Virus record (IMG/VR): IMGVR_UViG_3300025305_000023
Location: 1 to 55,121 of that record
Direction: 5' to 3' (one strand)
DNA from: a virus
Taxonomy: Duplodnaviria > Caudoviricetes
DNA length: 55,121 bases
A program made the translations under genes and the position numbers. Position 1 is the first letter of the stretch; each line of letters opens with the position of its first letter. Shown in pieces: positions 20,072 through 29,041 of the stretch. Below the pieces are notes generated by a model, which did not search any database, was not told the origin of the DNA, and worked only from the letters and a program-made list of their open reading frames with translations.

Positions 20072-22240
20072 TCATGGTCCACCACCTGTAGCACCAACAG
20101 GAGTATCACAACGACACATTCCATCGTGCGCATTTGGAACATTAAAGAAATATACCTCATTGGCAATTTCGTTTGCTTCTCGGTCATCATCCTCTTCATA
20201 ATTCAACACATCAGGAGCGATATGTTGCAGTGCATAATTTGTTAGTTTATACATCTGCACAATTTGACCGTGAAAGTAAAAATCAACATCATCATTTTCT
20301 CTGGTTTCGCAGGGTTCATCCCCTGTTATGAAATAACTACCCACCGGCATCATTTGGAATGCTTCTGGATAATTGTTTATTATTATAGATCCTTCCGTTC
20401 CACCTCCTGCTGGCTCCAATCTGCTTGCAGCATTAATGCCCGGACCAACAAGCACATCATCTCCTTGAGTTGTATTCAACAATTCACTAATGTTATATGC
20501 TGGATTTGTCCATTCGTCGCTTGCTTCGTCTAAAAATGTTCCCTGAAGACCACCAGGAGTCATAATGATGCTAAGTGGTGAATTTTCATCACTTATTTCT
20601 ATTACATCACCCATTTCTTCTTCTAATAAACGATCCCTTGGCCAAAATTCTACTTCTCTCCAACTGTATTCATATATTCCACCCCGACCATCATCGCCTG
20701 ATATCTTTTTTGCACCGTCTATGATTGCAAGAAATGCAAACTTCTCCGCAGACTGTGTTTCTTCACCCACACAGCAAATAGAATTCTTATATATTTCCCA
20801 ACGTTCTTTTACATCGACCATTTTAATATATCTTCCAAATGCACCTGATTCGCGCATGGGTTTCTTAATTTCTTTTTGTATTTTATAAAGAATCTCACCA
20901 GAAAGATCGGTTTGATCGAACATTGTTCTCCAATTAGCACCACCGTTTGTTGGTCCATATTTTCCATTCGTGTCCATAGAACCCATTGTATCAATCAAAT
21001 TATATTGAGGAGCATTATATGGATTACTAAAATAACCATACAATCCATTTTCGTCATAGAACCTTCGGGTGTGTATTTTCGGTGACGTATCTATACTGTC
21101 CGGAAGCAATTTATGTTCTGCTACTCGCCCCCCATCTTCCACACCACCCCACGGGTCTTGATGATAATCATATGTTATATGTTCTGTGCTATGTGTAGAT
21201 GCAAAATTCAAATAATTGAAATAGGGATCATTATAATTTGGTTTGACAAGTTCATAATATGAAGAATATGCTCCATCATACCACAACTGTAAATGATTAT
21301 ATTCGTTTAAAATGTTCATTGCTAAAACTCTAGGATCACCAAAATTCCAATCCTCGGGAGAAATGGTTATGTCTGTGAAAAAATATTCTCTGGGATCTTG
21401 ACCCAACAATCCAAAAAAGTATGAACCACCTTCATCAGTTAGCATTTTCCGAATTGATTTAAAATGCCACCCATCCAAATCTGCATAGAAAAGATAATTT
21501 ACACCCTTCTGATCTTCTGTGACAGCATTTTCAGCAAGATCTGTCATAGTTGACATTAAACTCGAATAATGAACATCTTTTGCCCATGGATACATGTGTT
21601 GATTTGTTTTGATCCATACGCTATTGTGTGTGTTTTCAATTTCCATATCATTTTGAGCAAAACTATAATCTGTAGCACCGGGATTAAAATATTTTTCTGC
21701 TACTTGATTGACCAGTCCTGGTTCTTCATCAAAACTACTATCAGAAGCAATATGACCAATATAATCTTCATGCTTTGCAATATCAAGTTCTGCCCAATTC
21801 AAGTAGAAATTCTCACATGATATAAAACTCACCAGCCATCCAGCATCTGCCTTTACTACTGCACCAACTAATGCCTCTGATGCTTCATTGCCCAGTTTTT
21901 GAACATCATTGACGCAAAATGTCAATTCTTTTCTTGAATTTTCAATGGGTTCCGGTGATTCAATGACAATCTCAACCAATTCACCACCAACAAAATTGAA
22001 ATAATCACCAATCATGCTGTTACCAGCAGAAGGTTCACGGAACTTTAGAATTCCACTAACCCCCGAACCAAAAATGCTTTCACTAATGCTCATACTCGTA
22101 AACGAATCACTAGTGGCTGCTTCATCGTCATTTTTTGGATTTAATGACTTTACAACATATTCCTGGTCACTCCCCAGTCTTTTGATTTTTATACTTTCTA
22201 TAATAATATCAGATGGGTATTGTCGTTCAAATTTTACCAT
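20072..22240 (-). CDS. N-terminal part of gp27-like baseplate hub fused to an extra C-terminal module
   Basis: N-terminal 'SISESIFGSGVSGIL...GGELVEI' and 'YLFYADLDGWHFKSI' hub motifs; directly after gp53; lacks the hub C-terminal motif found in 18334-19128. Confidence 0.7.
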   Translation of the reverse strand: MVKFERQYPSDIIIESIKIKRLGSDQEYVVKSLNPKNDDEAATSDSFTSMSISESIFGSGVSGILKFREPSAGNSMIGDYFNFVGGELVEIVIESPEPIENSRKELTFCVNDVQKLGNEASEALVGAVVKADAGWLVSFISCENFYLNWAELDIAKHEDYIGHIASDSSFDEEPGLVNQVAEKYFNPGATDYSFAQNDMEIENTHNSVWIKTNQHMYPWAKDVHYSSLMSTMTDLAENAVTEDQKGVNYLFYADLDGWHFKSIRKMLTDEGGSYFFGLLGQDPREYFFTDITISPEDWNFGDPRVLAMNILNEYNHLQLWYDGAYSSYYELVKPNYNDPYFNYLNFASTHSTEHITYDYHQDPWGGVEDGGRVAEHKLLPDSIDTSPKIHTRRFYDENGLYGYFSNPYNAPQYNLIDTMGSMDTNGKYGPTNGGANWRTMFDQTDLSGEILYKIQKEIKKPMRESGAFGRYIKMVDVKERWEIYKNSICCVGEETQSAEKFAFLAIIDGAKKISGDDGRGGIYEYSWREVEFWPRDRLLEEEMGDVIEISDENSPLSIIMTPGGLQGTFLDEASDEWTNPAYNISELLNTTQGDDVLVGPGINAASRLEPAGGGTEGSIIINNYPEAFQMMPVGSYFITGDEPCETRENDDVDFYFHGQIVQMYKLTNYALQHIAPDVLNYEEDDDREANEIANEVYFFNVPNAHDGMCRCDTPVGATGGGP

Positions 22241-22260
22241 GATGTGTCACTTTATTATAA

Positions 22261-23334
22261 TTATTCAATGATATGAGTAGTTCCTCTTGGAACATTACCC
22301 TGTATCAATATTTTAAATTCGTCTATTAAAGCCGGTACTAGATTTTTTGCAACCAATTTTATCGTTCGCTTTTCGTCATTTTTAAAAATTATATCATCTT
22401 GCGTAGTAATTGTTTTAATCTGTTCTGATAGACTCTTAATCATATATTTATACAGTATTGTTCCAGTCATTCCACAAACATTTTGCTGACTATAGAAATC
22501 TCCCGAAGGTCCATCATGACCTAATACTGGATATGCACTATATGGATTTACCATATCATTATTATATGCAAAATGGTGAGCCGATTTTGAAATGGTTTCT
22601 TTTCTTCGTACAATTGAAAACGTAGATCCGGCTGTCGGGCAAGGCGGACCCCACGCGACGGCCGCCTGGCCAGATCCTACACCCATTGATCCTGCATATT
22701 CAGGACCAGTAAAACCAATACAAGATGTAGCCCCAAAATGTTGTTGATAACAACCAGTAACACCAAACCCATCTATGGAGTTCCATTGTTCTTCGCCAGC
22801 AATTATGCTTTTTCTAAACAGATAGATCTCGTCATTTTCATTAATTGTACCCTTGGATTTCTTAACGTCTATTTTATGAAGAAGTTTATCATAATTATCA
22901 ACTTCTCCATAGTTGTTTAAATCAATAGACCCATCAAGACCAACATCTCGTCGGATTAAAATATCACCTTCTAATGCATCTAAATTCTCAAACACAAAAT
23001 AACTATTACCACTAAGGAAAGTATTAAACATGGAGGTTATTTCACCACCAGACTTCAACCATTCGCCATGCGGATCAACAATATTATTTGATAATAACAC
23101 AACCCACCATAAATCATGATCTCCATAAAAATCAAAGGCGACATCTTCTGGTTTTTGTCCTTCTGAGACAACATAAGATTCAAATGAACCCGCATCGTCT
23201 TTGGTTTTTTGCGTAAACGAAACTCGTTTGAATATGTCTTTCATGTTTACTGAAGAAATAAAACCGCCGCTAGTACCAGCAGTTTCACTCCAACTGAAAT
23301 TGAATTCTGTGTTTGGTATGTAATTAAAATACAT
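22261..23334 (-). CDS. gp53: Baseplate wedge protein gp53 (LysM-like)
   Basis: 'MYFNYIP...GQKPEDVAFDFYGDHDLWWVVLLSNNIVDP..EW...NDEKRTIKL'. Confidence 0.85.
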   Translation of the reverse strand: MYFNYIPNTEFNFSWSETAGTSGGFISSVNMKDIFKRVSFTQKTKDDAGSFESYVVSEGQKPEDVAFDFYGDHDLWWVVLLSNNIVDPHGEWLKSGGEITSMFNTFLSGNSYFVFENLDALEGDILIRRDVGLDGSIDLNNYGEVDNYDKLLHKIDVKKSKGTINENDEIYLFRKSIIAGEEQWNSIDGFGVTGCYQQHFGATSCIGFTGPEYAGSMGVGSGQAAVAWGPPCPTAGSTFSIVRRKETISKSAHHFAYNNDMVNPYSAYPVLGHDGPSGDFYSQQNVCGMTGTILYKYMIKSLSEQIKTITTQDDIIFKNDEKRTIKLVAKNLVPALIDEFKILIQGNVPRGTTHIIE

Positions 23335-23345
23335 TGTTTAAACCT

Positions 23346-24215
23346 TTAACCGTAAACTTGTCCCTTACCCATTCTAACCTGACTCCTGCTGGCAATACCA
23401 TCTCCCAGGCTAACAGCAGGCTCAAGTTCAAGAAAAGTCAATTCCAAAGTTGTTGCTGCTGGATACCCACCAAGCGCAGCGTATCCAGAACCAGCAGAAC
23501 CTTGCGTTGTTATACCAACGCGCGATAGAACGCTTGGAAGAGGCCCCATGTCCCACATAAATTGTCCACCTTTGTCACCTTTGTTTAAATTCAATACACT
23601 AATAAACCACACAGGAGGATGAATCACCCTAGAATATGATTGGCCAATTGAGCGAGATGGATATGCGAGTGTTTGAAACTTTTTTACTATATCAGTGATC
23701 CTTGTTCCTGCTCCCTCCACCTTGGGAATCAGTTGCCAAGAATAAGAATGTGTTCGGAAATTGGCTCCCCCGAAAACATTCTCAGTTTCATCCATAGGTC
23801 TATGACCAAGTGCTTGCGAAATTCCAAACTTATCCATCACACCTGTAATCTTAGTTTTCTCCAAAGCCCATTCAATGGCACCCCCAACAGTCGGATCGGT
23901 TATTCCACCTTTAACTTCTGATTGTCCTTGACTATATGCAATCTCATTGTCTGTTTTGATTTGTTGTGGCAAAGGAAGTGTAATATCTGCAAATGTCGGG
24001 CCTGCTGAAGGCGACAGTACTCTAACAACCTGTTTATTAGAATAAATTGATGCAACAAAATTTGTTCTATACCCACCCGTATCTTCTATATCATCAAATT
24101 TACCGGATAGTGGATAAGAAAGTGCTGGTGCCCTCATTGCCCTAATGTTACCAGAACCTAATTTATCTAGAGCCTTGCCTGCAAATTCATTTATTTTTCT
24201 TTGCCATGATCCCAT
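23346..24215 (-). CDS. gp48: Baseplate tail-tube cap, gp48-like
   Basis: 'ITLPLP...FRTHSYSWQLIPK...P.ATTLELTFLELE'; synteny with gp53/gp4. Confidence 0.7.
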   Translation of the reverse strand: MGSWQRKINEFAGKALDKLGSGNIRAMRAPALSYPLSGKFDDIEDTGGYRTNFVASIYSNKQVVRVLSPSAGPTFADITLPLPQQIKTDNEIAYSQGQSEVKGGITDPTVGGAIEWALEKTKITGVMDKFGISQALGHRPMDETENVFGGANFRTHSYSWQLIPKVEGAGTRITDIVKKFQTLAYPSRSIGQSYSRVIHPPVWFISVLNLNKGDKGGQFMWDMGPLPSVLSRVGITTQGSAGSGYAALGGYPAATTLELTFLELEPAVSLGDGIASRSQVRMGKGQVYG

Positions 24216-24247
24216 CGTTTCATTCCTTTGTTTATGTCTATATATTT

Positions 24248-24685
24248 ATGATGCCATACAAGACGAAATATACAATTCAAAACCCTTCAAAATATATAGG
24301 CGACCCAACAAACATAATATGTCGTTCTTTGTGGGAAAGAAGAGTATGTCGTTATTTAGATGAAAACAAAAACATTGTACAATGGGGCAGCGAAGAATTG
24401 CCAATTCCTTATTATTCGCCCGTAGACAAAAAAATACACAAATATTATCCAGATTTCATTGCAGAAATTAAAAAATCAAATGGCACAACCGAAACCTACA
24501 TCATAGAAGTCAAACCCAAACGACAAACAAAACCTCCTGTTCGGAAAAAACAAAAAGAAAAAACATATATTAAAGAATGTATGACATATTCGGTAAACAA
24601 AGAAAAATGGTCATCCGCAGAACAATTGTGTAAAACAAAGGGTTGGAAATTTCTAATTCTTACGGAAGATACACTTTTACTATAA
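24248..24685 (+). CDS. gp4: Head completion nuclease gp4
   Basis: 'NPSKYIGDPTNIICRSLWERR...WGSEE..IPY.SP...YYPDF...IEVKP...ILTED'; start trimmed to MMPYK. Confidence 0.92.
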   Translation: MMPYKTKYTIQNPSKYIGDPTNIICRSLWERRVCRYLDENKNIVQWGSEELPIPYYSPVDKKIHKYYPDFIAEIKKSNGTTETYIIEVKPKRQTKPPVRKKQKEKTYIKECMTYSVNKEKWSSAEQLCKTKGWKFLILTEDTLLL

Positions 24686-24730
24686 TTTTTCATGTTTTTT
24701 CTAATAAATAAGAAGTAAAGGAAAAACAAA

Positions 24731-25312
24731 ATGGCTCTACCAAATGCACCATACACAGATGTCAGTTCTGGACTTGATTATTTCAAGAGCCATTTTATAT
24801 CTAAAAATGGTCTATCTAGACCCACACGCTATTCTGTATTAATAGAAGCAGACGCATTTACCCCCGGTCATGCAATATTCCAACCAGAAACAGTTTCTCT
24901 CCCGGGAAGAACTTTTAGAACATTACAAGAAAATTGGTTTGGTCCAACTAGAAAAATTCCAGTTGCCAGGGAATTTAATAGCGAAGTAATTATGACATTT
25001 CCTTTAAGTAGAAATTGGGAAGAAAGAACCCTATTTGAAGCATGGATGGATTCCCTTATAAATCCCGAAACCAACGAAACTCATTATTCAGATAACGGTC
25101 AAACTGTCAAAGGAAATATGACAGTATTTTGTATAGACGAAATAAACGAAACCCAAGCAATCTTTAAATTTGATGAAGTTTGGCCTTCAAGTATCATTCC
25201 CATGAATATGGGATTCAATATGATAAATGATTATAACAAACTTCAAATTATTTTTACTTATAGGCAGTATACTTATAAAAGTGAAAATTATCAAACCCCC
25301 ACGTTTAAATAA
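24731..25312 (+). CDS. gp54: Tail-tube initiator/baseplate protein, gp54-like
   Basis: 'GLSRPTRY...VSLPGR...FEAWMDSLI...EVWP...FTYR' tube-fold motifs. Confidence 0.7.
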   Translation: MALPNAPYTDVSSGLDYFKSHFISKNGLSRPTRYSVLIEADAFTPGHAIFQPETVSLPGRTFRTLQENWFGPTRKIPVAREFNSEVIMTFPLSRNWEERTLFEAWMDSLINPETNETHYSDNGQTVKGNMTVFCIDEINETQAIFKFDEVWPSSIIPMNMGFNMINDYNKLQIIFTYRQYTYKSENYQTPTFK

Positions 25313-25346
25313 GTTGTGAAGATTTACAAAATAAGGAATAATTATA

Positions 25347-26066
25347 ATGAACACGTTGTCTGATTTATTATTATCAAAAACACCAAAATATAAATTAACA
25401 ATACCATCTAGCCAAAAAGAAGTAAAATACCGACCGTTTCTTGTTAAAGAAGAAAAAATTCTTCTCATTGCACAAGAAACTGGTACACATAGAGACATGT
25501 TAGAGGCAATAGAAAATGTAATTGAATCTTGTGTTGATGATATTTCTGATGCAAGTTCTTTGCCCATATTTGATATTGAATATATTTTTCTTCGTCTTAG
25601 AGCAAAATCAGTGAGCGAAACAGCATCTCCTATTATAGTGTGCCCAGAAACAGACGAAGAAATTTCATTAGAAATTAATTTAATGGAAATTGAACCAACG
25701 GTTGATGAAAAACATAAACGAACAGTTGAGATTGATAATGATATCAAGGTCACATTAAATTATCCAACCTTAAAAATGATCAAAAATAAAGAAGACAATA
25801 TTGATTATGACGACCCTGAGTCTTTTTATGATATTATAATTAATTGTATTGCAAAAATAGAAACGCCAGACGAAACCATTAATGTTTCAACTCTTCCAAA
25901 ATCTGAAATAAAAGATTTTATTGAAAATATGAATAAAAATCAGTTTGAAAAAATACTAGATTTTTTCATTACTTCACCTCGGCTACAATATCAAGCAAAG
26001 TATACTACTTCTGATGGTGTTGAAAGAGAGGTGACTTTACATGGGATATCGGATTTTTTAGAATAG
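25347..26066 (+). CDS. gp26: Baseplate hub assembly chaperone gp26
   Basis: 'TPKYKLTIPSS...YRPFLVKEEKILL...FDIEYIFLRLRAKSV...GISDF'. Confidence 0.9.
   Translation: MNTLSDLLLSKTPKYKLTIPSSQKEVKYRPFLVKEEKILLIAQETGTHRDMLEAIENVIESCVDDISDASSLPIFDIEYIFLRLRAKSVSETASPIIVCPETDEEISLEINLMEIEPTVDEKHKRTVEIDNDIKVTLNYPTLKMIKNKEDNIDYDDPESFYDIIINCIAKIETPDETINVSTLPKSEIKDFIENMNKNQFEKILDFFITSPRLQYQAKYTTSDGVEREVTLHGISDFLE
26054..26060 (+). other. Putative -1 ribosomal frameshift heptamer T TTT TTA
   Basis: In-frame X XXY YYZ site two codons before the gp26 stop; the -1 frame is open through to the gp51-like sequence. Confidence 0.6.
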
Positions 26067-26113
26067 GATTATGTCATACTACTTTACAAGATTATTACAT
26101 CCTATCATTTCAA

Positions 26114-26272
26114 ATGATGCAACATCACAACTACAATCTAACTGAACTTGAAGGTATGATTCCTTGGGAACGTGATATCTACTTAGGACAGTTGATTGAA
26201 TATATAGAAATAGAGAATGAAAAAATTCAGTTGGTAGAAATAGAACGAAGACGATCAAAAAACATCAGGTAA
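26114..26272 (+). CDS. gp51: gp51-like hub assembly catalyst (probably made as a frameshift extension of gp26)
   Basis: MMQHHNYNLTELEGMIPWERDIYLGQLIEYIEIENEK..., 52 aa, below the ORF-track cutoff; frame open upstream to the slippery site. Confidence 0.85.
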   Translation: MMQHHNYNLTELEGMIPWERDIYLGQLIEYIEIENEKIQLVEIERRRSKNIR

Positions 26273-26276
26273 AAAT

Positions 26277-27677
26277 ATGGCAAAAAATAAAAACAAAAAT
26301 ATAACATTCAAAAACAGAATGATGTCGTATTTTAACCATAAAAAGGGAAACGTCAAATCACCTGATTTGACTATCATGCCCCCTAAGAAAAAAAAAGTAC
26401 CAAATCTTTTAAATATAATTTCAGATCCAATTCTGCAAGAGCCAACACCAAAAACAAACAACAAGACAACGGACCAAACATACAATAAAAAAGATGGCGG
26501 ACGTTACTTAAATACATTACATTCAACATTAAACCACCTAAAAGAAAAAATTAATGGTATCATAACCGCTGGACCCAACACAACAATAAACAAATATTAT
26601 TCCACAAACAAAGCATATTCCACAAAAAACAAGCACATTCATATTCAAAGAAATAACAACACCAAAGAAGTACAGATACTTCCCAAAATTATAAAAATTC
26701 CTCAAAAAACTCTAATAAACACGCATACAACAGAAAATGAAAAAATCAATACGGTAGAAAAACAGGCAAAAAACATAGTCAACAATTACAATAGTACATT
26801 TCTACCACAACATCAAACAAAACAATTGCCAACACCAATGACAGAAAAAACAGTTCCACAAAAGACTAATGTGGAATTATCTAGTGACAAAAGAAACAAG
26901 AACATTCCACAAAAGACTAATGTGAAATTATCTAGTGATAGAATAAACAACCAATCATCAAAATCATCAAATCCGCACACACAACAAAAAACAAAAACTC
27001 CCGTATACCAAAAAATTACTAATATCAAGGAAATATATAACACCACAAAAAGTGCTATAATAAATAGTATTCTTAAAAACAATAAACTTGTAAAAACATT
27101 CGCTTCTACCAAAATACCACCAAAAACTACACTAACTACCAACAACACTAATGATAACTATCAAACATATAACCCAATCGTTAATAAAATTGCAAACATA
27201 AGTAATCGCACAATCAATGAAATGAAAAACATAGTTCATGTTGGAAAAAAAATAAAAATACCATCACTTGCTAAAGGTGGTATTGCTAGTAGACCTACTA
27301 TTGCGCAAATTGGAGATGCTCTTTCTCCGAGTGGCCAACCCGATCCTGAAATTATAACACCCATAAGTAAAGTTCCAGAACTGTTGGCAAAAACTAAAAC
27401 TTTAGAACAATCTAGCAACATAATAAACAAAACAGCAAACAACAAATCAATTGGTAGTATTGCAAAAGAAAGATTACAAGAAAATACAAATTTAAAAGCA
27501 GAACAAGAAAAACAAAACGAAGATCGCCCAAAGGGAGATGTGAACATTCAATCTAACCAAATGATTCACACTGAGGGTAAAAATCAACTACCTAAAATAG
27601 AAACAGTACGTCCTAAGGCTATCGCAGCATTGGGGGTGGAAACACATCTTCCAAGATGGCGAAGAGGAATTGGGTAA
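26277..27677 (+). CDS. Tape-measure-like/hub protein (gp29 position), low-complexity K/N/T/I rich
   Basis: Follows gp26/gp51; 'IPSLAKGGIASRPTIAQIGD...PEIITP' motif common in tape-measure proteins. Confidence 0.55.
   Translation: MAKNKNKNITFKNRMMSYFNHKKGNVKSPDLTIMPPKKKKVPNLLNIISDPILQEPTPKTNNKTTDQTYNKKDGGRYLNTLHSTLNHLKEKINGIITAGPNTTINKYYSTNKAYSTKNKHIHIQRNNNTKEVQILPKIIKIPQKTLINTHTTENEKINTVEKQAKNIVNNYNSTFLPQHQTKQLPTPMTEKTVPQKTNVELSSDKRNKNIPQKTNVKLSSDRINNQSSKSSNPHTQQKTKTPVYQKITNIKEIYNTTKSAIINSILKNNKLVKTFASTKIPPKTTLTTNNTNDNYQTYNPIVNKIANISNRTINEMKNIVHVGKKIKIPSLAKGGIASRPTIAQIGDALSPSGQPDPEIITPISKVPELLAKTKTLEQSSNIINKTANNKSIGSIAKERLQENTNLKAEQEKQNEDRPKGDVNIQSNQMIHTEGKNQLPKIETVRPKAIAALGVETHLPRWRRGIG
26854..26950 (+). 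repeat. 51-bp tandem duplication (PQKTNV[EK]LSSD)
   Basis: ttccacaaaagactaatgtg[g/a]aattatctagtga at 26854 and 26905. Confidence 0.85.
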
Positions 27678-27680
27678 ATA

Positions 27681-27710
27681 AAAAAGGGAGTCCCGAAAGA
27701 CTCCCTTTTC
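27681..27710. terminator. Bidirectional intrinsic terminator
   Basis: aaaaa-gggagtc-ccgaaa-gactccc-tttt between convergent genes. Confidence 0.85.
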
Positions 27711-27731
27711 CCACAAAACAACAGATTCAAA

Positions 27732-28613
27732 TCACTCGTTCGCTAAACGTTCAAAATATGATAGAGCGTCTGTGTTCTCTTGTGTATTTTCATCAGAAGT
27801 TATAGATGTCTCTGACGTTTTATTAAAATTAACAGTCTCGGCAGTTTCTGTTGATGTTTCAATCGTGGAATGGCGAATGTCCGAACCAAGAACATCATGA
27901 AGTCGTTTTTTCAACTCATCATATGTCTTGAAATTACTTGGATCAGTAAATTCACTTAAAGCGTATTGTGCTTTCCACAATTCTTCTAATTTCTCGTCAT
28001 CTCCATCAAACAATGCAGACATTGATTCAAATTCTGATTTATCATAGTTGATAAAACCAGCAATCTTACGAACCTTTAACTTGAAATTAGCACCTTTCCA
28101 AAAATCAAATGGATTGATGGGATCTTCATCTTCAAACTCAGGAGACATAGCCTCTTGGATTTTATCAAAAATCTTCTTACCATATTTGTAAAGAAAAACC
28201 TTTCCTTCATTTTGAGGATTTGCAGGATCGCTCACTACAAGAATATTTGAAACATAGTGCAAACGACGTTTACGAGCGCGAGCAAAATCCTTGTCGGACT
28301 CCACACCACTATTCCAAAATTCTGTATTCATTTCCGACACAGGATCTTTTTGTCCGAGCGTAGTTAGACTATTTTCAATGTACCAACCACCCCTACCTTT
28401 GAACCCGTGTGAATAATACTTCGCCCATGGAAGTTCTTCATCTTCTGGCGCAGGAAGGAATCGAATAACAGCATAGCCGTTACTTGACTTATCCAATTCT
28501 GGCCGCCAAAAACGTTCGTCAACATACGAATCCTTTTTGTTCATATCTTCAATTTTCTTGGTGAGTTGATCGATGCCCGAGGCAGACCGTTTCTTAAAAT
28601 CAGCAAATGACAT
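27732..28613 (-). CDS. gp32: Single-stranded DNA-binding protein gp32
   Basis: 'MSFADFKK...DERFW...NGYAVIRFLP...WYIENSLTT...NEGKVFLYKYGKKIFDKI...PFDFWKGANFKLK...NYDKSEF'. Confidence 0.97.
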   Translation of the reverse strand: MSFADFKKRSASGIDQLTKKIEDMNKKDSYVDERFWRPELDKSSNGYAVIRFLPAPEDEELPWAKYYSHGFKGRGGWYIENSLTTLGQKDPVSEMNTEFWNSGVESDKDFARARKRRLHYVSNILVVSDPANPQNEGKVFLYKYGKKIFDKIQEAMSPEFEDEDPINPFDFWKGANFKLKVRKIAGFINYDKSEFESMSALFDGDDEKLEELWKAQYALSEFTDPSNFKTYDELKKRLHDVLGSDIRHSTIETSTETAETVNFNKTSETSITSDENTQENTDALSYFERLANE

Positions 28614-28638
28614 AATATTGTCTCCTTATATTTGCTTT

Positions 28639-28680
28639 CGCGGAACTCCCGCGTTCTAATATCGGCAGGAACTCCCTACC
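28639..28680 (-). promoter_or_regulatory. Twin GAGUU-loop hairpins in the gp32 leader
   Basis: GGTAGG-GAGTT-CCTGCC and CGCGG-GAGTT-CCGCG just upstream of the AAGGAG SD. Confidence 0.6.
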
Positions 28681-28687
28681 ACTATAT

Positions 28688-28726
28688 TATTTATATGAAT
28701 TATACACCAGTTATTGACGGATGCAA
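28688..28726 (-). promoter_or_regulatory. Adjacent sigma70-like (TTGCAT-16-TATAAT) and late (TATAAATA) promoters for gp32
   Basis: -35 at 28721-28726, -10 at 28699-28704, late box at 28688-28695. Confidence 0.65.
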
Positions 28727-28729
28727 GAA

Positions 28730-28954
28730 CTAAACAGGCAATTCAGGAGATTTTTTAGGAAGAAGATTATACTCCATCCCTTCTTTTTCTAGTTTTTCAA
28801 TAATGGGTTTTGTGAGATATTTTGCACCAATCTGAGGTTCTAACTCATACTTTTCGCACATAGCCAAAACCGCTTCTATGTAAGAATGCTCTTGATTTAC
28901 AAGACATTCTATTTCTTTTATAAATTTATTCTGGGCTTCTTTACTAAATAACAT
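28730..28954 (-). CDS. gp33: Late-promoter transcription co-activator gp33
   Basis: 'FIKEIE..V.....SYIEAVLAMCEKYELEP...K.L.KPIIEKLE.EG..YNLL'; next to gp32; start trimmed to MLFSK. Confidence 0.85.
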   Translation of the reverse strand: MLFSKEAQNKFIKEIECLVNQEHSYIEAVLAMCEKYELEPQIGAKYLTKPIIEKLEKEGMEYNLLPKKSPELPV

Positions 28955-29041
28955 ACTCAATACCTTTTGTTGAACTTTTCTTATATATACTATATCCCAT
29001 ATATACAAGAAATCAATATTATTTTGGAGATTTTCTTTTAA

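Noticed and set aside
18334-22240. Split-intein rejoining of the hub halves
   Set aside because: No recognisable intein N-terminal block or HN-C/S/T junction in either half.
246-23921. Many short plus-strand ORFs in the track
   Set aside because: Antisense shadows of well-supported minus-strand structural genes.
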